A program made the translations under genes and the position numbers. A model generated the notes under the pieces. It was not told the origin of the DNA. It ran no database searches and saw only the letters and a program-made list of their open reading frames with translations. DNA of 64,000 bases from Candidatus Terrybacteria bacterium RIFCSPHIGHO2_01_FULL_43_35 (GTDB lineage: Bacteria > Patescibacteriota > Minisyncoccia > Terrybacterales > GWB1-40-14): NCBI GenBank assembly GCA_001822815.1, contig MHSR01000013.1, positions 85,093-149,092 of the forward strand. Reading direction: 5' to 3'. This document shows positions 57,501 through 64,000 of this stretch, piece after piece. Position 1 is the stretch's first letter; every line of letters begins with the position of its first letter.

Positions 57501-57648
57501 AGCGCTACCAACCCCCATGGGCGAGTCGTGGTCACCGTAAGGGTTGAGCGCCGTGAAATAGGGGGGGGCGGCAAGAAATATAAAATGTCGCCCCCTCCAC
57601 CTTCTTTGAATATCGGTTGGGCGCTCCGTAGTTGCGGGGCGCTTTGTT
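57501..57648 (+). ncRNA. ~145-nt structured RNA or attenuator leader
   Basis: AGCGCTACCAACC/GGTTGGGCGCT closing stem, two inner stems, overlapping terminator. Confidence 0.5.
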
Positions 57649-57690
57649 ATTGGTATTGAACGCTTTTTCATAACAGGGTAATCTTGGGTT

Positions 57691-58242
57691 ATGGAGGACG
57701 AGCAAAGACATTACGACCCAAAGGAGGTCACGGAATCAAAGATTCACGAAATAAACTTTCCCGAAGGTCTTTCAGAAAAGGACATTGAATTGATCGTTGC
57801 GCAATGCAAACATCAGGGCGCCACGAGCTCCGAACAAGTTAAGGGCTTTGCCGAGGCCTATAAAGAAGCAAAGGAAACCGCTTTTGATTCTGAGAGGTTG
57901 GAATCTATAACCGCTGAAGAGGTAAGAGAGCTTATTTTGCGGTTTGGCGAGCTGACAGAAAATATTAAAAACAAAAACGGGTTCCGTACTGTTCCCGCCA
58001 GGTTCAAAGATTTTTCTTTTGCTTTGCCGCCGGATCTCATAGAAAGAGCGATAAGCAATTTTTCTCAAGCGTATGCCGAAGGACTTTTAGCATCGGAAGA
58101 ATACTATCTAATTTTTGAAGAGATACATCCGATGCTCGATGGTAACGGAAGGATAGGGGATCTACTTTGGAAAATAGATGTTACCCGCAAGACTAAACAT
58201 TGGCCGCAAGAATTGCCACCGGATGTTTTTGGCCCAAAATAA
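57691..58242 (+). CDS. Fic/DOC family protein
   Basis: FEEIHPMLDGNGRIG motif. Confidence 0.85.
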   Translation: MEDEQRHYDPKEVTESKIHEINFPEGLSEKDIELIVAQCKHQGATSSEQVKGFAEAYKEAKETAFDSERLESITAEEVRELILRFGELTENIKNKNGFRTVPARFKDFSFALPPDLIERAISNFSQAYAEGLLASEEYYLIFEEIHPMLDGNGRIGDLLWKIDVTRKTKHWPQELPPDVFGPK

Positions 58243-58294
58243 TACCAACAAAGGTGATTTTGATGGATAACCGTATTCGTCCCGCAGGATTTCC

Positions 58295-58386
58295 GGGCCT
58301 ATAGTAAAGTGTATGGGTAGTCTCGCTATCGCGGGATTGCGTCCAGCCCCAAGCTTTGGAGCTGGACGGGAACATTCGCCCCGCAT
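58295..58386 (+). pseudogene. tRNA-Ala-like 5' remnant followed by hairpin inserts
   Basis: GGGCCTATAGTAAAGTG shares TATAGTAAAGTG with the tRNA 100 bp downstream. Confidence 0.4.
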
Positions 58387-58394
58387 AAGTTTTT

Positions 58395-58468
58395 GGGGAT
58401 ATAGTAAAGTGGTATTACGGCGCATTCGCATTGCGCAGGCCCGGGTTCGATTCCCGGTATCTCCACCA
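58395..58468 (+). tRNA. tRNA-Ala(CGC)
   Basis: GGGGATA/TATCTCC acceptor with G3-U70; GCGCA-TTCGCAT-TGCGC; ends ACCA. Confidence 0.92.
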
Positions 58469-58506
58469 ACAGATCCCGCGTATATCAAATATGTTATATT
58501 TAAATT

Positions 58507-59085
58507 GTGGCCAACCCAGAACTCATTAAATATTTAAAAGATAACGCGAGTTTGCCGCGAGAACAAATTTGGGCGCAATTGCGCAAGGCAGAATGGCCGG
58601 ATAGTGAAATTCAGGCCGCCGAAGACGTAATTGCTTCGGAGGGAGGTAATGTGCCAAACAAGGTTTTAAAAGCGGCGACGGCGGGTGCCAAAACATCAAA
58701 ATCGCACCGATTGCCAAGAATAATATTTGTGTTGCTGGGACTGACGGTTATACTCCTTTCGGCTGTTTTCGCGACTATGCCTCTGCAACGTTCTGCGGCG
58801 CAAAAAGCGCAAAGAGACGCGCAACGTGAACGTGACATGTCTACTATTAAACTTGCTATAGAATCTTATTACAGCAAAAATGGCGTTTACCCAGCTACGT
58901 TAGAAGAACTATTAAAAGAGCATATTATAGGTTTTATACCCAACGATCCTTTAGCCAGCACTAATTACACTAATTACATGTATGATGTCACTGCGGATGA
59001 GAAACATTATAGTCTTTGTGCTGTTTTTGAAACTGCACATAAGGGCACAAATTGTTTGTGGACCGATGCAATAATTATAAATTAG
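58507..59085 (+). CDS. Membrane protein with GspG/pilin-like C-domain
   Basis: RDAQR..D...I..AIE.YY..NG.YP..L..L, IP.DP, Y.LCA.FE; no prepilin cleavage site. Confidence 0.75.
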   Translation: MANPELIKYLKDNASLPREQIWAQLRKAEWPDSEIQAAEDVIASEGGNVPNKVLKAATAGAKTSKSHRLPRIIFVLLGLTVILLSAVFATMPLQRSAAQKAQRDAQRERDMSTIKLAIESYYSKNGVYPATLEELLKEHIIGFIPNDPLASTNYTNYMYDVTADEKHYSLCAVFETAHKGTNCLWTDAIIIN

Positions 59086-59120
59086 TTTAAATGCGCTACC
59101 GCTAGTATGTATACAAAAAG

Positions 59121-59146
59121 AAACCCCTAGATATCAGGGGTTTTTA
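59121..59146 (+). terminator. Intrinsic terminator
   Basis: AAACCCCT..AGGGGTTTTT. Confidence 0.65.
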
Positions 59147-59226
59147 TAACACCTCTATCTATTTGTGGAAGCTAGTCGATGAGCTATGCTTTAATGGGTA
59201 AGAAAGGACAGGTCAAAACGTCATAT

Positions 59227-59745
59227 ATGACAAAGAAAATAAGTAAAAAGGAACAGGATTTTATGCGCTCGTATGACGCTCATGCGGACGCGTTATTTCG
59301 GCACTGCTATTTTCGCGTATATGACCGTGAGCGAGCTAAAGAGCTAGTGCAGGAAACATTTATGCGTGCCTGGGAGTATGTGGTCAAAGGGCATAAAGTA
59401 CAAAATCTTCGCGCTTTCCTCTATCGAGTCGCAATAAACCTTATTATTGACGAATCGCGAAAGAATAAACCAGTCTCTTTGGATGAACTAGCTCAAAGTG
59501 GATTTGATGTAGCAAGCGAAGAGTATGAAATGCTGCACACGAAAATAGATGCCTCTAGCGCCGCAGCATTGTTTAAAAACTTGGACGACAAACATCGCGA
59601 GGTTATAATTTTACGTTATTTAGACGGGTTTAAGCCCAAAGAAATAGCCCGGATGCTTAATGAATCTGAAAACGTGGTTTCGGTGCGCCTGCACAGGGCC
59701 ATTAAACAAATTTCAGGCACGTTTACCGCACATGAATCCCGTTAG
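59227..59745 (+). CDS. ECF-type RNA polymerase sigma factor
   Basis: A.ELVQETF.RAW, FLYRVA.N..ID..RK, EIA..L......V.V.LHRA; ORF is open from 59179. Confidence 0.93.
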   Translation: MTKKISKKEQDFMRSYDAHADALFRHCYFRVYDRERAKELVQETFMRAWEYVVKGHKVQNLRAFLYRVAINLIIDESRKNKPVSLDELAQSGFDVASEEYEMLHTKIDASSAAALFKNLDDKHREVIILRYLDGFKPKEIARMLNESENVVSVRLHRAIKQISGTFTAHESR

Positions 59746-59939
59746 AAGCCGCGATCGCAAAGGATTAGCAATAAACCCCGTTAGAAAGTTATTTTTGAAA
59801 CTTTTATAGGGAATATTATAATTGATGTGTTTGTGATGCGAGCTTTCTAACGGGGTAAAAATATCTATGTCATATATATAGTATCCATACAAATAATTTT
59901 GCAGATTGAGATCATTGATCGCGATCTGCTTCTAACGGG
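59738..59939. mobile_element. 202-bp family B element with nested copy; ATGAAT duplication
   Basis: cccgttagaagc / gcttctaacggg; inner copy ~59777-59854; ATGAAT at 59732-59737 and 59940-59945. Confidence 0.85.
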
Positions 59940-61157
59940 ATGAATAACAATCTCCAAAAATTAATAAACGAAGCTAAGCTTTGGGGCTTAACCGTCGAAG
60001 AGCGAAACGGCATTCGCCGAAACCTACTTGCTTTTATGGAGAGCAATCCGCAAGGCGTTCACGGTTTTGGCGCCGAAGCCAGGGTTTCAAACTGGCACGT
60101 CTTATTTACTGCCAAGCCCGTAGCGCTGTTTTTGAGTATTATTTTAATACTGACTGGTAGTACTAGCTTGTCTTTTGCCGCCGAAAACTCTTTACCAGGA
60201 GAAATACTTTATCCAGTCAAGGTAAACATAATCGAAGAAGTACGTTCTGCCCTGGCCTCATCGACTGAAACAAAGGCCAAGTGGGAAAGTGAGCGTATGG
60301 CCGTAAGGCTTGAAGAAGCTGAAGCATTGGCTAACAATGGCCAATTAACCCCCAAGCTCAGAGCAGAGATAGAATATAATTTTGAAAAACACGCTCAGCG
60401 GGTTGATGAGCATGTGGCCAAGCTTGAGGATGAAGGTAACGTTCGGGCCGTAGCCCAGGTTTCATCAAATCTTGAAGTGTCGCTGGAAGTGCACCAAGCT
60501 ATTTTAGAGAACCTTGCCGACCAGGAAAGCGCGGCAGAAGAAATTGATAACGGCGTCATAGGGCAGAGCGAAGAGCTTCTTATCAAAATAGAAGAGAAGA
60601 AAGATTTTGCTTCCTTAGATAGACAGGACAGCGAAGAAAAGGTTTACGAACAACCAACGGACGCCGCTGAAGCTACCGCCCAGGCTGGCTTGCAAGAAGC
60701 CGAGAAGCGAATAGTTCAAGTGCAGGATTTTATATACAATGATAATAAAAGTTCAAAATCCAGCGCAGATTTTTCTTTGATGGAACGCTCGCGAGCCCGT
60801 CTCCTTTCAGCCAAACAAATTTTAGATGACGGTAAGGTTAAGCTGGAGGCCAAAGATTACGCCGAAGCCTTCGTTTTGTTCCAAGCCGCAGACAGGGCAG
60901 CTAGACGAGCCCAATTAATAATGGAGACAAAAAACAATCTTGATATAGAAATTGAGTTGGATGACGATCCAACGGTTTTAGATGAGAATGAATCAAACGC
61001 AAAGACTGAAACCGATAACAACAGTGAAGTAAATGCCGTTGTCGGAGATCCGCCATCTTCGGAAGAGTCCTCAGGGAGCATTTCTAATCAAGACGCCACG
61101 GCGAATAATGAAGATCAACCAGTCGAAGAAGCGTCGCCGGTAATCAGTCTTCCGTAA
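59940..61157 (+). CDS. DUF5667 protein, putative anti-sigma factor
   Basis: TM then AE.SLPG..LYPVK...E, R.EE; follows the ECF sigma. Confidence 0.8.
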   Translation: MNNNLQKLINEAKLWGLTVEERNGIRRNLLAFMESNPQGVHGFGAEARVSNWHVLFTAKPVALFLSIILILTGSTSLSFAAENSLPGEILYPVKVNIIEEVRSALASSTETKAKWESERMAVRLEEAEALANNGQLTPKLRAEIEYNFEKHAQRVDEHVAKLEDEGNVRAVAQVSSNLEVSLEVHQAILENLADQESAAEEIDNGVIGQSEELLIKIEEKKDFASLDRQDSEEKVYEQPTDAAEATAQAGLQEAEKRIVQVQDFIYNDNKSSKSSADFSLMERSRARLLSAKQILDDGKVKLEAKDYAEAFVLFQAADRAARRAQLIMETKNNLDIEIELDDDPTVLDENESNAKTETDNNSEVNAVVGDPPSSEESSGSISNQDATANNEDQPVEEASPVISLP

Positions 61158-61356
61158 CCGGATTTGAATTTACAGCTAAACACGGAAGAACCAGCGAATT
61201 AAATAATAATAGTAAGGCGGATGCAATAACCCGTGTTAAGGCGAGGGGTTTTTGTTTATCCGTCCTACTTTAATTAAGATCCAGGCTTGGTGAGCCAACC
61301 TTTCGCAGCTTATTAGAGCGCTATAGTGTTATAATATAGTAGATGTAAATTGAACG

Positions 61357-62949
61357 ATGATTGCAATACTCAAAAATAAAATCTTTTTTATCGCCGGCGG
61401 TATTGTGCTGTTGGGTTTTATCGTGTTTTTGGGCATGGGTAGCAAGAAGGAAACGCCGTATGTTTTTACAAACGTGCAGCGCGGGACTTTAGTTGAGCGC
61501 GTTTTTGCTTCCGGCGAAGTTAAATCTTCAGAAGAACTGTTCCTCTCTTTTGTGGCCGGCGGGAAAGTTAAATCTGTCACCGTTAATGTGGGGGACCATG
61601 TAGAGGAAGAACAAGAGCTGGCGCGTCTTGATACGACCTCTCTTGAGGCGCAGGTGAGACAGACCAGCTCCGCACTGGCTAGCGCGCAGGCCAATCTTAA
61701 TAAGGCAATAGCCGGTCCGTCTAAAGAAGAGATAGCTGTAGCGCAAAGCGCTGTTGATTCTGTCCAAACCGCGCTTTCAAATGCCCAGAAAAGCGCTGAT
61801 GACGCGCTTGTCAAGACGTATAGCGACGCCGTTGATATCCTGCAGAATGTGCGCCTAAAAAGCGATGCGGCAAATCAGGCCATGAATAATTTTTATGACC
61901 TGGTCTGCGACTATAAATGTTTCAAGAAATTTAGCGTTTTTATAGTTTCTGATGCAGCACGCCTTAAAGCCGAAGATCAAAAAATAATATCCGACAGCGC
62001 ATTGAACGATATTAAAACAGCCATAAACTTTATCACCCACGCGTCTACACAAGAGCAGATAGATACAGCCATCGCCGATGTTAAAACAAGTCTTGAGTCC
62101 ATTCGTTTAGCCTGTAGTTATACGTATGACGCCTTGCAGACAGACGCCGACAAAACCACAGTAAAAACAGCTTGGACGGATCTGAATACCGTCATCGCCC
62201 AAATCAACTCGCAGGAACAACTTATTATTTCTACCAAGAATACAAATTATGCCAGTATAACCAGCGCCCAAGCTCAACTTGCCACGGCCAAGGCAGAATT
62301 AGATCTGAAAACGGCACCGGCGCGTGACGTCGATTTAGCCGCCTTACGTGCCCAAGTTTCTCAAGCTCAAGCGAATTTAGATTCCGCTAAATATAATTTA
62401 GATAACGCCATACTTGTTGCGCCGGCCCAAGGCGTCATTACTAAAGCCAACATTAAAAAAGGTGAGACGGTTGTAGCCGGCAGCGTGGGCATATCCATGC
62501 TGACCGACGCGCCATTTGCCGTTGAAGCCGACGTTCCTGAAGCCGATATTGCCAAGATTTCTATAGGCGATCCCTTAAAAATAACTCTGGACGCTTTGCC
62601 TGTAGTAAATCTCAGCGGGAAAGTTTTTTCTATAGACCCGGGCCCCAAAATAATCGGCGGGGTCGTGACTTACAGGATTAAGGCCAGCATAGATAATGCC
62701 GAGCAAAGGGTAAGAGCTGGCATGACCGCAAATTTGGATATTGAGACGGCGCGGATCGACAATGTTCTGTTCGTTCCTCAAAGGGCCGTCATAGAAAAAG
62801 ACGCCAAGTCTCAAGTGCGTGTCTTGGTAGGTGGTCAAATAAAAAATATAGAAGTAAAGACCGGTATACGTTCTTCCGAAGGTACGATTGAAATAAAATC
62901 TGGTTTGGAAGAAAGCCAGGAAATTATAAATTATATCAAACAGAAATAG
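61357..62949 (+). CDS. MacA-like efflux adaptor subunit
   Basis: G.VK.V.V.VGD.V, long coiled coil, L.AP..G.I, V.EADI, GMTA. Confidence 0.9.
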   Translation: MIAILKNKIFFIAGGIVLLGFIVFLGMGSKKETPYVFTNVQRGTLVERVFASGEVKSSEELFLSFVAGGKVKSVTVNVGDHVEEEQELARLDTTSLEAQVRQTSSALASAQANLNKAIAGPSKEEIAVAQSAVDSVQTALSNAQKSADDALVKTYSDAVDILQNVRLKSDAANQAMNNFYDLVCDYKCFKKFSVFIVSDAARLKAEDQKIISDSALNDIKTAINFITHASTQEQIDTAIADVKTSLESIRLACSYTYDALQTDADKTTVKTAWTDLNTVIAQINSQEQLIISTKNTNYASITSAQAQLATAKAELDLKTAPARDVDLAALRAQVSQAQANLDSAKYNLDNAILVAPAQGVITKANIKKGETVVAGSVGISMLTDAPFAVEADVPEADIAKISIGDPLKITLDALPVVNLSGKVFSIDPGPKIIGGVVTYRIKASIDNAEQRVRAGMTANLDIETARIDNVLFVPQRAVIEKDAKSQVRVLVGGQIKNIEVKTGIRSSEGTIEIKSGLEESQEIINYIKQK

Positions 62950-62998
62950 GTCAGCGCCATCGCCGACGAATTTAGTATCAGCTAATACGATTTGCGGT

Positions 62999-63679
62999 AT
63001 GCTTATCGATGTAAGAAACCTAATCAAGGTTTATGGTTTAGAAGATAGCAAAACACACGCCTTACACGGCGTTTCTTTCACCATTGATAACGGCGATTTC
63101 GTTGCCATTATGGGGCCTTCGGGTTCGGGCAAATCAACTCTTTTGCACATCTTGAGTTTTCTGGACAGGCCCAGCGGAGGCCAATATTTTTTTGAGGGTA
63201 AGGCTATTGAAGACCTTTCGGATGAGGATCTTGCGCGTGTGCGTAATAAAAAAATGGGTTTTGTTTTTCAGTCGTTTAACCTTTTACCCAGAAGGAGCGT
63301 TTTAGACAATGTGGTTTTGCCGCTTATATATGCCAACGTGGGGCAAAGAGAACGTGAAAACAGAGCCCGGAGTTTAATTAAAGACGTGGGTCTGGAGCAT
63401 AGAATATTTCATTTATCCAATCAGCTGTCGGGAGGGGAGGGTCAGCGAGTTGCAATTGCCAGAGCTCTGGTTAATGAACCAACGGTAATTTTTGCCGATG
63501 AGCCGACCGGTAACCTCGATTCGATTTCCGGCAGACAGGTGATGACTTTACTCGAGCAATTACATGATCGCGGTCACACCGTTGTCTTTGTTACCCATGA
63601 TCAAATGATAGCCGATCATGCAAAAAGAATAATACGTTTGAGGGATGGGAGAATAGAAAGCGACTCGATAATAAAATAA
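62999..63679 (+). CDS. ABC transporter ATP-binding protein (MacB/LolD-like)
   Basis: GPSGSGKST, LSGGE.QRVAIARAL, ADEPTG.LD, VTH. Confidence 0.95.
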   Translation: MLIDVRNLIKVYGLEDSKTHALHGVSFTIDNGDFVAIMGPSGSGKSTLLHILSFLDRPSGGQYFFEGKAIEDLSDEDLARVRNKKMGFVFQSFNLLPRRSVLDNVVLPLIYANVGQRERENRARSLIKDVGLEHRIFHLSNQLSGGEGQRVAIARALVNEPTVIFADEPTGNLDSISGRQVMTLLEQLHDRGHTVVFVTHDQMIADHAKRIIRLRDGRIESDSIIK

Positions 63680-63684
63680 AAATT

Positions 63685-64000
63685 ATGCTTATACGCGATC
63701 TCGCACGCATTGCTATGGGTGGCCTGACGGTAAATATAGGCCGCTCTATGTTGACGATTTTAGGTATTGTGATAGGCGTGGCCTCGATAATCCTTATAGT
63801 TTCTGTCGGGAACGGGGCGCAACGGCTTATATTAAGCCAGTTTGAGGGTATAGGTTCCAGAGTTCTAGTTATACAGCCCGGAAGACAGCCCCAAGGGCCA
63901 TCCGATTTTTTTGAATTTTTCACCGATTCTTTAAAAGAGCGGGATGTAAAAGCATTAACTGTTCGTGGGAGCGTCCCAGGCATAGTTGATGTGGCGCCTG
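63685..64000 (+). CDS. MacB-like ABC permease, truncated by the window edge
   Basis: MLIRDLARIA...RSMLTILGIVIGVASII...G.GA. Confidence 0.9.
   Translation, partial: MLIRDLARIAMGGLTVNIGRSMLTILGIVIGVASIILIVSVGNGAQRLILSQFEGIGSRVLVIQPGRQPQGPSDFFEFFTDSLKERDVKALTVRGSVPGIVDVAP

Noticed and set aside
61211-61269. Long imperfect hairpin after the DUF5667 gene
   Set aside because: Adequately explained as a terminator-like stem; no duplication or second copy seen.
1062-63983. Many short ORFs antisense to or overlapping assigned genes (e.g. 45100-45864, 49761-50300, 61329-61814)
   Set aside because: Shadow frames of well-supported genes with no recognisable motifs.
1-64000. Alternative genetic code (UGA read as Gly)
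   Set aside because: Conserved genes are full length under code 11 and pilB ends at TGA.

Overview
Origin-proximal chromosomal segment of a small-genome bacterium, most likely Patescibacteria/CPR (Parcubacteria-like). The taxonomy is inferred from gene content and style, not from a search. Standard genetic code. Content: dnaA-dnaN-dciA opposite rpmH-rnpA-yidD-yidC-jag with the probable oriC; holA, polA, ruvB, ruvC, yebC, tyrS, PBP1A, rsmA, comM, pnp, rpsO, a Xer recombinase and a CCA-adding enzyme; a PilB ATPase, a flippase and two O-antigen-ligase-family genes; a ~14 kb T4SS-like locus (pilin, VirB4, PrgI, VirB6-like and secreted accessory genes); an ECF sigma/DUF5667 pair; a MacAB-like transporter; four intact tRNAs and three parS sites. 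The most unusual signal is non-coding. Several families of short (30-400 bp) inverted-repeat elements occur with no transposase in the window, often nested in one another and with readable target-site duplications. They sit exactly on functional signals: start codons (ruvC, traR/dksA, virB4, DUF5667), parS arms (one in-frame inside the Xer gene) and tRNA D- and T-loops. One carries an intact tRNA-Arg(UCG) inside a broken tRNA-Arg. There are also three promoter-linked structured ncRNA candidates and an unannotated, very acidic microprotein. All calls come from reading the sequence by eye; no searches or folding programs were run.
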